A stretch of 33,787 bases of DNA from an uncultured Candidatus Saccharibacteria bacterium (GCA_964368775.1 CAYJCX010000001.1:9216-43002); one strand, 5' to 3'. Shown: positions 24,476-32,862, counted from the first letter of the stretch. Numbers and translations: made by a program. The notes: a model not told the origin generated them from the sequence alone.

Positions 24476-24482
24476 TACCTAT

Positions 24483-24716
24483 ATGGATTTTATAAAAACA
24501 ATTGGTTGGTTTGGGACGGCCATATTAATGGTTACATATCTATTAAATATAATGGGTGTTATTACTGCACAGTCATTATCTTATTTAATTTTAAATTTAG
24601 TAGCTGCAATATTTTTAGGTTTACGAGTTTATAAAGATAGAAATTTCTCTAATGTATTTTTAGAAATATTTTGGGCTCTTGTTGCTATTGTGGGTATAGT
24701 TCGCTATTTCTTGTAA
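24483..24716 (+). CDS. Small three-TM membrane protein (77 aa)
   Basis: Three hydrophobic helices. Its 3' end overlaps the convergent GT2 paralogue B by 13 nt. Confidence 0.55.
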   Translation: MDFIKTIGWFGTAILMVTYLLNIMGVITAQSLSYLILNLVAAIFLGLRVYKDRNFSNVFLEIFWALVAIVGIVRYFL

Positions 24717-25414
24717 TTTACCAATTTAAAATAGGCCTCCATTTTGTTTCCATTTTTAATATTTTCTTTACTACGAGAAATCATTTTTTTACTAGAAGAT
24801 TCTTTTGTATTTACGGTTACGCAAGTTTTGTTTGTGATTTTTAAATTGCCGTAATTTTTTAAAAATAATGCAAGCCAGTAGTCTTCTGGGTTGCGAGTAA
24901 GTTCAAGCTCTTTTGATAAGACGATACTCTTTTTTAGTATATCTTTAATTAAACTTTCATCTTTTTTCCAATATGCCATACTTGGACCCCAAATCCATCT
25001 TTCTGGGTTTTTATTATGTGTACAATAATATTTATTAAAGATGTTTGAAAACCAACCAAACGTTGTACCTTTAAATTTAACCCAAGAACCAGCAGCAACA
25101 TTATTAGAGATGGCTCTGGTCATTTCTTTTACCCAATTTTTATCTGCCCAAGCGTCACCATCAATACAGCAAATTATATCTCCATTAGATTCTTCAAAAC
25201 CTTTTATTCTTGCATAAGGTATACCTTCTGGGCCACTGTACTCAACTAATTTTATGCTTGGGAAATTTTTAGCTATTTCTGCGGTATTATCACTACAATT
25301 GTGAGCGACCAAGACTATCTCATCTGGTTTGGTTTCTTGGTTCAAGATACTTTTAATGCAGCGCCCTATGTATTTTTCTTCATTATGGGCGATGATTAAA
25401 ACCGAAATTTTCAT
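24704..25414 (-). CDS. Family 2 glycosyltransferase (paralogue B)
   Basis: MKISVLIIAHNEEKYI...DEIVLVAHNCSD and IDGDA. The N-terminal half is similar to paralogue A and the C-terminal half has diverged. Confidence 0.85.
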   Translation of the reverse strand: MKISVLIIAHNEEKYIGRCIKSILNQETKPDEIVLVAHNCSDNTAEIAKNFPSIKLVEYSGPEGIPYARIKGFEESNGDIICCIDGDAWADKNWVKEMTRAISNNVAAGSWVKFKGTTFGWFSNIFNKYYCTHNKNPERWIWGPSMAYWKKDESLIKDILKKSIVLSKELELTRNPEDYWLALFLKNYGNLKITNKTCVTVNTKESSSKKMISRSKENIKNGNKMEAYFKLVNYKK

Positions 25415-25432
25415 GTTCTTATTATAGCATTT
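25366..25432. repeat. 67-bp perfect direct repeat, copy 2 (5' end plus promoter of GT2 paralogue B)
   Basis: Identical to 24394-24460. Confidence 0.95.
25421..25429 (-). promoter_or_regulatory. Extended -10 box (TGcTATAAT, minus strand) 6 nt upstream of ATG at 25414
   Basis: Same sequence as copy 1, inside the repeat. Confidence 0.5.
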
Positions 25433-25440
25433 CTAAAGTA

Positions 25441-25449
25441 TGCTATACT
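25441..25449 (+). promoter_or_regulatory. Extended -10 box (TGcTATACT) 7 nt upstream of ATG 25457
   Basis: Read directly. Confidence 0.5.
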
Positions 25450-25456
25450 CATTTTT

Positions 25457-26719
25457 ATGAAATATAGCCTAAAAACTCTTAAAAATGGTTTACGTATTAT
25501 AACCGTCCCAATGAAGGATAATCCTACTGTTACAGTGCTAACTCTTGTGGGTACAGGTAGCGACTATGAGACAAAAGATTTGGGCGGCATATCTCATTTT
25601 TTGGAACATATGTGTTTCAAGGGGACTATAAAGCGCCCAACATCTAGCATAATTTCTCACGAGCTAGATTCTTTGGGCTGCGAATACAATGCATTTACCG
25701 ACCACGAAATGACCGGCTACTATGCCAAAGGTGACAGTAAACATTTTAAAAAATTATTGGATGTTGTTGGGGATATTTATTTAAATTCTACTTTTCCAGA
25801 GCCTGACATAGAAAAAGAAAAAGGTGTAATAGTCGAAGAAATAAACATGTACGAAGACATGCCGCAGCGCCATGTTTATGATTTATTTGATGAGCTTGTT
25901 TATGGTGATACGGCGGCAGGCCGCAATATTGCTGGTACACACGCTACTGTTCGCAGTATGGCAAAGCCAGATTTTATTAAATACAAAACAGCTCAATATA
26001 CTGCGCCCAATACTATTGTGGTTATTGCTGGCAATATTGATTCTAAGATCGCAAATAAAGAAGTAGAAAAAATGTTTGCGAATTTAACCAATAAAAATCC
26101 AAACAAAAAAGAAAAATCTATAATTCAAAATGGTCCTAACTTTAAAATAAAAAATAAAAAGACAGACCAAGTGCATCTTATGCTTGGGCTAAAATCTTAC
26201 GACCGTAAGAACCCGAAAAATAAAACTTTGCGTATGTTATCCAGCGTCTTGGGCGGTGGTATGTCGTCCCGTCTTTTTAATAAACTGCGCGAAGAAATGG
26301 GTGTGTGTTATTACGTTGGTTCCCATATTTCTACTCGCAGTGATTCCGGAATGTTTTCTATTAATGCTGGAGTTACGACTGACCGCACAGAAGAAGTTAT
26401 AAAAGTACTGCTTACTGAATTAAAGAAATTTACTACAGAGTTAGTAACAGATAAAGAACTTAAAAAAGTTCAGAATTTTCTTATTGGTAATATGAAATTA
26501 GGACTAGAAAGCAGCGACGACATTGCCAGTTTTTATGGTACCCAAATTTTACTAAAAGGGGAGATTAAGACTATGAAAGATAAAGAAAAAGAAATCCTGT
26601 CCGTTACTGCCAAAGACATAATGAAAATAGCCAAAGAAATCGTAAAAACAGAATCCCTGCGTATGGCTATCGTGGGGCCAGAGAGCCTAAAAATAGACCC
26701 TAAAATCCTGAAATTCTAG
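25457..26719 (+). CDS. M16 family (pitrilysin/insulinase-like) zinc peptidase
   Basis: Inverted zinc motif HFLEH followed by MCFKGT, a 420-aa size, and a two-lobed M16 layout. Confidence 0.9.
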   Translation: MKYSLKTLKNGLRIITVPMKDNPTVTVLTLVGTGSDYETKDLGGISHFLEHMCFKGTIKRPTSSIISHELDSLGCEYNAFTDHEMTGYYAKGDSKHFKKLLDVVGDIYLNSTFPEPDIEKEKGVIVEEINMYEDMPQRHVYDLFDELVYGDTAAGRNIAGTHATVRSMAKPDFIKYKTAQYTAPNTIVVIAGNIDSKIANKEVEKMFANLTNKNPNKKEKSIIQNGPNFKIKNKKTDQVHLMLGLKSYDRKNPKNKTLRMLSSVLGGGMSSRLFNKLREEMGVCYYVGSHISTRSDSGMFSINAGVTTDRTEEVIKVLLTELKKFTTELVTDKELKKVQNFLIGNMKLGLESSDDIASFYGTQILLKGEIKTMKDKEKEILSVTAKDIMKIAKEIVKTESLRMAIVGPESLKIDPKILKF

Positions 26720-26741
26720 TTTTTAGGTTTTATATATTTTG

Positions 26742-26750
26742 TGGTATAGT
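26742..26750 (+). promoter_or_regulatory. Extended -10 box (TGgTATAGT) 6 nt upstream of ATG 26757
   Basis: Read directly. Confidence 0.5.
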
Positions 26751-26756
26751 ATCTTT

Positions 26757-27839
26757 ATGAGTTTCGACCATAAAACTATCCACGTAAATATTACAACTGG
26801 GGCAATTATTCGTATAATTCTTTTTATACTACTTGGGATTTTGCTGTATAAAATACGCAATCTACTATTTCTACTATTAGTTTCTATTGTTATTGCGACA
26901 TTTGTAGATGCTATTGCTAGACGTTTAAAACGCTATCGTTTTCCTAGAACTCTTAGTGTGGTTTTGGTTTTCTTAATAATGTTAATTGGTTTTGCTGCAA
27001 TGGTCTACGCAATTGTGCCAACACTTTTTACAGAAATTTCTCATGCTCTTACTGCACTTTCTAAATACGTACCCCAAGACAAACTAAAGGCAATCATTGA
27101 CCCAAATGCAATTAAAAGTATTGATAATTTTATAAATACTATTGGCCAGCAAGTTCCAGCACAGCAAGTAGCTTCTACAACCAAAGCTTTGATTAACAAT
27201 GTTACGGGCGCATTCTATGGAACAATTCAAACATTGTTCGGTAGTGTAGCTAACTTAATGCTGGTCTTTGTTTTGTCTTTTTATCTGTCTATTCAAGAAA
27301 AAGGTATCGAAGGTTTTCTTAAACTAATAATGCCAATAAAATACGAACAATATGTTGTAGATTTATGGAACAGATCAGCGCGTAAAATCGCACTATGGAT
27401 TCGCGGTCAAATGCTATTGGCTGTAATTATTGCGACTATTACTTTTTTCGTACTTTACTTCTTAGGTGTGCCTTATGCTTTGATCTTGGCTATTCTTACT
27501 ATGGTTTGTGAATTAATTCCTTTTGGAATGATATTTGCAACTATTCCTGCTGTGCTGGCTGGTTTCTCTGCTGGGGGGATGGAACTGGGTTTGATAGTTC
27601 TATTATTTTATTTCCTATTACAGCAACTAGAAGGCTACGTATTAGTACCATTAATGAACCGTAGAACAACAGGTATATCACCATTGATGGTTATACTGGC
27701 TTTGCTTATTGGGGCGCAATTAGCTGGGTTCTGGGGTCTAGTATTGGCTATGCCAGTATCACTATTACTGCTTGAATTAATGAACGATTTTGAAACAAAA
27801 AAAGAAACTCTTCGCCAACTAACTAATAACGATAACTAG
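26757..27839 (+). CDS. AI-2E family transporter (PerM/UPF0118-like)
   Basis: About eight TMs and the characteristic central loop ...YLSIQEKGIEGFL...W.RGQMLLAVII. ATG 26757 is preferred over the TTG at 26739. Confidence 0.75.
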   Translation: MSFDHKTIHVNITTGAIIRIILFILLGILLYKIRNLLFLLLVSIVIATFVDAIARRLKRYRFPRTLSVVLVFLIMLIGFAAMVYAIVPTLFTEISHALTALSKYVPQDKLKAIIDPNAIKSIDNFINTIGQQVPAQQVASTTKALINNVTGAFYGTIQTLFGSVANLMLVFVLSFYLSIQEKGIEGFLKLIMPIKYEQYVVDLWNRSARKIALWIRGQMLLAVIIATITFFVLYFLGVPYALILAILTMVCELIPFGMIFATIPAVLAGFSAGGMELGLIVLLFYFLLQQLEGYVLVPLMNRRTTGISPLMVILALLIGAQLAGFWGLVLAMPVSLLLLELMNDFETKKETLRQLTNNDN

Positions 27840-27843
27840 ATCT

Positions 27844-29295
27844 ATGAATAAGACTTTCTATATTACGACAACATTGCCGTATGTAAATGCACCATTACAT
27901 ATGGGGCATGCTTTAGAATTTGTCCGTGCTGATAGTATTGCTCGTTATAAAAAACTAATGGGCTACGACGTGTTCTTTAACACAGGTACAGACGAGCACG
28001 GTATGAAAATCTACGAAAAGGCGGCCGAAAATGGTATGGACGCAAAAACTTTTGTAGATCAAAACTTTTTAGTTTTTAAAGAACAACTAAACATTTTTGG
28101 GATTAGTAATGATGTACATTTTATTCGTACCACTGATCAGCACCACGAATCTTCTGCTCAGGAATTTTGGAAGCGCGTACAAGATAATGGCTATATTTAT
28201 AAAAAAGATTACGAAGCAAAATACTGTGTTGGCTGTGAATCTGAAAAAACTGACAGTGAACTGGGGGACGACGGTACCTGCCCACTGCATCCGGGGATAG
28301 CATTGCAGGTAATAAAAGAAGAAAACTATTTCTTCAAATATTCTGCCTTTCAAGAAAAACTTTTAGCTTTTTATGAAGCAAATCCAAATTTTATAATTCC
28401 AGAATTTAGATTTAATGAAATAAAAAATTTCGTATCTGCTGGGCTGCAAGATTTTTCTATCTCTCGCAAAAAAGAAAAAATGCCGTGGGGTATCCCAGTA
28501 CCAGGGGACGACGAACAAGTAATGTATGTTTGGTTTGATGCACTAACAAACTATATTAATACACTTGGCTGGCCAGAAACATCAGGGGATTTTGAGAAAT
28601 ATTGGGTCAATGGCACACCTACTCAATATTGCGGTAAAGACAATACTCGTTTCCAAGGCGCAATGTGGCAAGCAATGCTTATGGCGGCAGATGTGCCAAA
28701 TTCACACCAAATAATAGTAAATGGTTTTATTACAGGAGACGGCGGCATAAGAATGTCTAAGACTTTGGGTAACACTGTAGACCCACGCGACGTTGCCGGC
28801 GAATACGGTGTAGATGCACTGCGTTATTTCTTATTGCGCGAAATCTCTAGCTTTGAAGACAGCCCTTTTACAATAGAGAGATTTAAAGACGCATACAACA
28901 GCGGACTTGCAAACGGAATAGGGAATTTAACTAACCGTATAATTAAAATGTCTGAATCTGCTTTTGGAGAACCACTAGAGATTCCAAATATGATTTTGAC
29001 CGATGATTGGCTACCTGCAGTGCATGCAATGGAGAAATTTAATATTCAGGAAGCGATGCATGTAATATTTAAACATGTTACATCTTTGGATGAAATGATT
29101 CAAAAAACAGAACCTTTTAAATTAATCAAAACAGATGAAAATGCTGCAAAAGAAATCATAAAAGATCTAGTTATAAAACTGCGTGACATTGGCCAAATGC
29201 TGACGCCGGTAATGCCAGAAACCAGTAGTAGAATTTTGGAAATAGTAAAACAAAACAAAAAGCCCGAAAATCCACTGTTTTTACGTAAAGACTAA
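27844..29295 (+). CDS. metG: Methionine--tRNA ligase (short form, no C-terminal Trbp111 domain)
   Basis: TTTLPYVNAPLHMGHA (HIGH-type), knuckle CVGCESE...CPLH, and RMSKTLGN (KMSKS-type). Confidence 0.95.
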   Translation: MNKTFYITTTLPYVNAPLHMGHALEFVRADSIARYKKLMGYDVFFNTGTDEHGMKIYEKAAENGMDAKTFVDQNFLVFKEQLNIFGISNDVHFIRTTDQHHESSAQEFWKRVQDNGYIYKKDYEAKYCVGCESEKTDSELGDDGTCPLHPGIALQVIKEENYFFKYSAFQEKLLAFYEANPNFIIPEFRFNEIKNFVSAGLQDFSISRKKEKMPWGIPVPGDDEQVMYVWFDALTNYINTLGWPETSGDFEKYWVNGTPTQYCGKDNTRFQGAMWQAMLMAADVPNSHQIIVNGFITGDGGIRMSKTLGNTVDPRDVAGEYGVDALRYFLLREISSFEDSPFTIERFKDAYNSGLANGIGNLTNRIIKMSESAFGEPLEIPNMILTDDWLPAVHAMEKFNIQEAMHVIFKHVTSLDEMIQKTEPFKLIKTDENAAKEIIKDLVIKLRDIGQMLTPVMPETSSRILEIVKQNKKPENPLFLRKD

Positions 29296-29296
29296 G

Positions 29297-30109
29297 ATGA
29301 AACTAAACTATTTTGATACGCATTCTCATTTAAACCTTTCACCCTTGTATGAAAACAGGGACGAAATTTTGTCGACTATGCGAGAAAAGAATATTGGAAC
29401 TATTACTGTTGGGGTAGATTATCATACTTCTAAGATTGCTTTAGATTTAGCAAATCAGAATCCTGAAATGCTTTGGGCTACAATTGGCCAACACCCTAAT
29501 GACAACCCAGAAGAGGAATTCGTTTATCAAAATTTCTTGGATTTAGCTCAAGACCCCAAAGTCGTTGCAATAGGCGAATGCGGGCTGGACTATTATCGTC
29601 TCAAAGGAAGTCACGAAGAAAAAGAAATAGAAATAGAAAGACAAAAGAATTTGTTTATCGAGCACATAAAATTATCTGAAGAAACTGGCAAGCCACTCAT
29701 GATACATGCTCGGCCACATGTAGACAGTATGGACGCTTATACTGATGTATTAAATATATTAGAAAGGGAAAATTTTTTAGGGTCTGCTAACTTTCATTTC
29801 TTTGTGGGTGATATGCAAACAGCCGAAAGAATAGTAGAGCATAATTGGACTGTGTCATATGACGGGCCAATTACTTTTACTGATGACTATACTGACGTCA
29901 TAAAATGGCTACCGCTGGAGAATATTATGGCCGAGACTGATGCACCTTTTGCAGCCCCAATGCCACATCGCGGGCAAACTAACTACCCTCAATATGTAGA
30001 ATTTGTTTACAAAAAAATAGCCGAAATCAAAGATATCGACCCAGAAATAGCTCGCATTATAATGCTGGAAAACGCTAAAAGGGTCTACAAAGTCTCTTTT
30101 GACATATAG
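29297..30109 (+). CDS. tatD: TatD-family metal-dependent hydrolase
   Basis: YFDTHSHLN, AIGECGLDYYR, MIHAR, and ETDAPF. Confidence 0.9.
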   Translation: MKLNYFDTHSHLNLSPLYENRDEILSTMREKNIGTITVGVDYHTSKIALDLANQNPEMLWATIGQHPNDNPEEEFVYQNFLDLAQDPKVVAIGECGLDYYRLKGSHEEKEIEIERQKNLFIEHIKLSEETGKPLMIHARPHVDSMDAYTDVLNILERENFLGSANFHFFVGDMQTAERIVEHNWTVSYDGPITFTDDYTDVIKWLPLENIMAETDAPFAAPMPHRGQTNYPQYVEFVYKKIAEIKDIDPEIARIIMLENAKRVYKVSFDI

Positions 30110-30118
30110 CAATTTATT

Positions 30119-30127
30119 TGCTATAGT
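30119..30127 (+). promoter_or_regulatory. Extended -10 box (TGcTATAGT) 6 nt upstream of ATG 30134
   Basis: Read directly. Confidence 0.5.
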
Positions 30128-30133
30128 AGCGGC

Positions 30134-30658
30134 ATGAGTATTAATAAAGAAGACGTATTAGTCAAGGTCTACGAGCTTGGCTACCACTTGATTCCGACAT
30201 TGGCGGAAGAAGAGGTTCCACAATATGTCAATAAAATCAAAGACGCTCTCGACTCGTACGGGGCAGTAGTTATTAGTGAAGAGTCTCCAAAGAAAATGGA
30301 TTTGGCTTACACAATGTATCCAAGTGTTTCTAACAAGAAGCAAAAATATACAAAAGGATATTTTGGATGGATCAAATTTGAAGTAGATGCAGAATCTGCA
30401 GATAAATTCAAAAAAGACATCGAAGGTATGGACGAAGTATTTCGCTCACTATTAATTGTTACAGTTCGCGAAAATACAATGGCTCCAAAGAAATTATTCA
30501 GTGCTCCAAAGAAACGTACATCTCGCCATGGCGAAGAAGAAAAAATGGACGTAGCAGTTGTAGACAAAGAAATCGATGCACTAATCGAAGACCCAGCAGC
30601 TGAAGAAATTGCAGCAGTTGAGACTGAAACAGAAGCAGTAGTAGAAACAGAACTTTAA
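30134..30658 (+). CDS. rpsF: 30S ribosomal protein S6 with acidic C-terminal extension
   Basis: YELGYHLIP...G.VISEESPKKMDLAY, the conserved rpsF-ssb-rpsR order, and an Glu/Ala-rich tail. Confidence 0.85.
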   Translation: MSINKEDVLVKVYELGYHLIPTLAEEEVPQYVNKIKDALDSYGAVVISEESPKKMDLAYTMYPSVSNKKQKYTKGYFGWIKFEVDAESADKFKKDIEGMDEVFRSLLIVTVRENTMAPKKLFSAPKKRTSRHGEEEKMDVAVVDKEIDALIEDPAAEEIAAVETETEAVVETEL

Positions 30659-30691
30659 TAAAACAATTAATAGTAACTAATATAAAACTAT

Positions 30692-31156
30692 ATGTACTAT
30701 AACCAAGCTCTTATTATCGGTAACTTGACTCGTGACCCAGAACTAAAGGTATTGCCAAGTGGTATCAAAGTTGCAACATTTACAATTGCAACAAACCGTA
30801 CTTGGAAAAACCCACAAGGCCAAAAAGAAACAGCAACTGACTACCACAATGTAGTAGCGTTCGGTAACCAAGGCGAAACAATCGCTAAATACATGAAAAA
30901 GGGTAATATCATGATGATCAATGGTCGCATGCAAACTCGTTCATGGGATGGTCCAGACGGAACAAAGCGTTATCGTACAGAAATCGTTACAGACGGTTTC
31001 CAATTTGGTCCTAAAACAAGTAATGGTAGCGAAATGGGAATAGCAGGTCCATCTGCATTCAAAGGCGATGATTCATCTCAAGATGGTTCAGCTGATGATT
31101 TTGGTCCAATAGACTACCCACAAGAAGATAATAATTTGGAAGACATTCCGTTTTAA
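30692..31156 (+). CDS. ssb: Single-stranded DNA-binding protein
   Basis: OB fold (YNQALIIGNLTRDPELK...VATFTIATNR...), a Gly/Asp-rich tail and the C-terminal DIPF. Confidence 0.95.
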   Translation: MYYNQALIIGNLTRDPELKVLPSGIKVATFTIATNRTWKNPQGQKETATDYHNVVAFGNQGETIAKYMKKGNIMMINGRMQTRSWDGPDGTKRYRTEIVTDGFQFGPKTSNGSEMGIAGPSAFKGDDSSQDGSADDFGPIDYPQEDNNLEDIPF

Positions 31157-31165
31157 GACTAATAT

Positions 31166-31366
31166 ATGAAACAAGATTTTTTCACATCAAACAATTTGAA
31201 GCATGTCGACTATAAAGACATAGAACTACTAAAAAAGTTCTTAGCTCCAAATGCACGTTTGTTATCTCGCCGTAAGACAAATCTTACAGCAAAGAACCAA
31301 CGTAAAATGGAAGAAGCAGTAAAGCGCGCAAGATTCATGGGATTACTTCCATTTATCGCGAAATAA
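31166..31366 (+). CDS. rpsR: 30S ribosomal protein S18
   Basis: VDYKDIELLKKFL...RRKT.LTAKNQRKMEEAVKRARFMGLLPF. Confidence 0.95.
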   Translation: MKQDFFTSNNLKHVDYKDIELLKKFLAPNARLLSRRKTNLTAKNQRKMEEAVKRARFMGLLPFIAK

Positions 31367-31385
31367 GCTAACCTTCTATCTAAAC

Positions 31386-31412
31386 AAAAGCCCCCAACAG
31401 GGGGCTTTTGTT
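31386..31412 (+). terminator. Rho-independent terminator after rpsR
   Basis: Stem gccccc / gggggc, loop aaca, A-run upstream and tttt downstream. Confidence 0.9.
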
Positions 31413-31417
31413 ATGTA

Positions 31418-31446
31418 TTGACTTTTTCGCTAAATTGTGATATAAT
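31418..31446 (+). promoter_or_regulatory. Sigma-70-type promoter (TTGACT-17 nt-TGaTATAAT)
   Basis: -35 at 31418-31423, 17-nt spacer, extended -10 at 31438-31446, and 23 nt to ATG 31470. Confidence 0.6.
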
Positions 31447-31469
31447 GTACTCAATAAATACCTATACAG

Positions 31470-32042
31470 ATGCTCTTACTACAATTAATGTCAGCTCTTT
31501 TACTTTTCTTAAATAAATTCTATGTTCGCAGGAAAAAAGCGATTGGTTGGATCTATGGAATATTAGGTGCAATCGTTATAACAGTTTATTTCTATCTTCA
31601 AATGGTTTTGCAACATAAAGCAAATCTTTGGATCATGGTAATAATGGATATAGCGCTTGTTATACTAATGACCTATGGATACCTGGTAAATCGTTCCGAA
31701 AAAGGTGATAAGTTGAAAGACTTATTAAAAAAATGGAATGTATTGTTTAAAACAATTGTAATTATCGTGACTATTGTGGTTTGTGGATTGTTTCTCATAG
31801 AAGCAATTTCATCAAATTTAGTCATACTACAATTTGTTTTTGCAGTCGGTTCATTATTTGGAACATTGTTGTTGGCTTTCAATAAAAGAGCAACAAATAT
31901 AATTGGTTGGGTTTTGTATGCTATCGCACACATTGTTCTAACTTATGTAATGTTCCAAACTAGCTCACCAATTTTGGCAATTTTTCAAATTCTATCAGCC
32001 TTAATAGCTATAGAAGGAATTTACAAAGAAACTAAAAAGTAA
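31470..32042 (+). CDS. Seven-TM membrane protein with internal 3+1+3 repeat (possible PnuC/SWEET-fold transporter)
   Basis: Internal duplication: LLLFLNKFYVRRKKAIGWIYGILGAIVITVYFY versus LLLAFNKRATNIIGWVLYAIAHIVLTYVMF. The family assignment is tentative. Confidence 0.6.
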   Translation: MLLLQLMSALLLFLNKFYVRRKKAIGWIYGILGAIVITVYFYLQMVLQHKANLWIMVIMDIALVILMTYGYLVNRSEKGDKLKDLLKKWNVLFKTIVIIVTIVVCGLFLIEAISSNLVILQFVFAVGSLFGTLLLAFNKRATNIIGWVLYAIAHIVLTYVMFQTSSPILAIFQILSALIAIEGIYKETKK

Positions 32043-32061
32043 TTGAAGACCAATGTCTTCC

Positions 32062-32098
32062 AGTGGCCGTCATGCATAGCATAGATGGCCACTTTTTT
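32062..32098 (+). terminator. Rho-independent terminator
   Basis: agtggcc / ggccact stem with an 18-nt loop, followed by tttttt. A second small hairpin gaagac/gtcttc lies at 32045-32060. Confidence 0.65.
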
Positions 32099-32103
32099 AT
32101 TTG

Positions 32104-32112
32104 TGCTATAGT
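32104..32112 (+). promoter_or_regulatory. Extended -10 box (TGcTATAGT) 6 nt upstream of ATG 32119
   Basis: Read directly. Confidence 0.5.
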
Positions 32113-32118
32113 GAAGTT

Positions 32119-32823
32119 ATGGAAAAAACTGATGCAGTAATGGCAATGAGAAAATGCGCAAAGATGGGGGATGATATATTCACCCAAGTATGTTTGCAGT
32201 TAAAAAAGCACAGTTTAAAGACTGAAAATGAGTTAGCTAATTTTATCAAACAGGAGATTTATAAACATGGAGCCAAGGAATCTTTCCCTGTTATTGTAAC
32301 TAGCGGCGTACGAGCCGGTAACGATATACACCCAACCCCAACGGACTCTATAATGCAGGGTTTTGTAATAATAGACTACGGTATAAAGATGGGTGGATAT
32401 TGCAGTGACATGACCCGCACGGTCTATATTGGCCGGCCAATGAAAGACGAGATAGCCACATATAATGCTGTCCTAAAGGCTCAAAATGACAGCTTAGAGT
32501 ACTTTAAAGTCGGCACCCCGGTATCTGCATCTGACGCATTTGTACGCGGAATTCTTAGTACTTTTACCTATAAAGGCCGTAAATTGGACCAATATTTTAT
32601 TCATACTTTGGGTCATGGTATATCTAAATTAGTCCACGAATCACCTAAGATTTACTACAAATCCAAAGAAGTTTTTAAAGCAGGCAAAGTAGTAACTAAC
32701 GAACCGGGGATATATATACCCAAAACTTTAGGTATCAGAATAGAAGATATGTATCTAATTACTGACGCCTCTCCTGAGCAAATTACGAAAAGTAAGAAAG
32801 ACTTAATAATTTTTCTAAAATAA
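32119..32823 (+). CDS. M24 family metallopeptidase, catalytic (pita-bread) domain only (Xaa-Pro peptidase-like)
   Basis: Metal ligands in the usual order: IDYG...YCSDMTRT, HTLGHGIS..VHESP, NEPGIY, IRIEDM. ATG 32119 is preferred over the TTG at 32101. Confidence 0.8.
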   Translation: MEKTDAVMAMRKCAKMGDDIFTQVCLQLKKHSLKTENELANFIKQEIYKHGAKESFPVIVTSGVRAGNDIHPTPTDSIMQGFVIIDYGIKMGGYCSDMTRTVYIGRPMKDEIATYNAVLKAQNDSLEYFKVGTPVSASDAFVRGILSTFTYKGRKLDQYFIHTLGHGISKLVHESPKIYYKSKEVFKAGKVVTNEPGIYIPKTLGIRIEDMYLITDASPEQITKSKKDLIIFLK

Positions 32824-32826
32824 AAA

Positions 32827-32852
32827 CTGCACGCTAGTTAAATAGCGTGCAG
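32827..32852. terminator. 10-bp hairpin between convergent genes; T-tract only on the minus strand
   Basis: ctgcacgcta / tagcgtgcag, loop gttaaa. Plus-strand context is aaaaa-hairpin-tG9; the minus-strand reading gives hairpin-ttttt. Confidence 0.7.
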
Positions 32853-32853
32853 T

Positions 32854-32862
32854 GGGGGGGGG
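32854..32862. repeat. G9 (C9 on minus strand) homopolymer
   Basis: Nine consecutive G read at 32854-32862, located between the minus-strand stop codon (32868-32870) and the hairpin. Confidence 0.9.
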
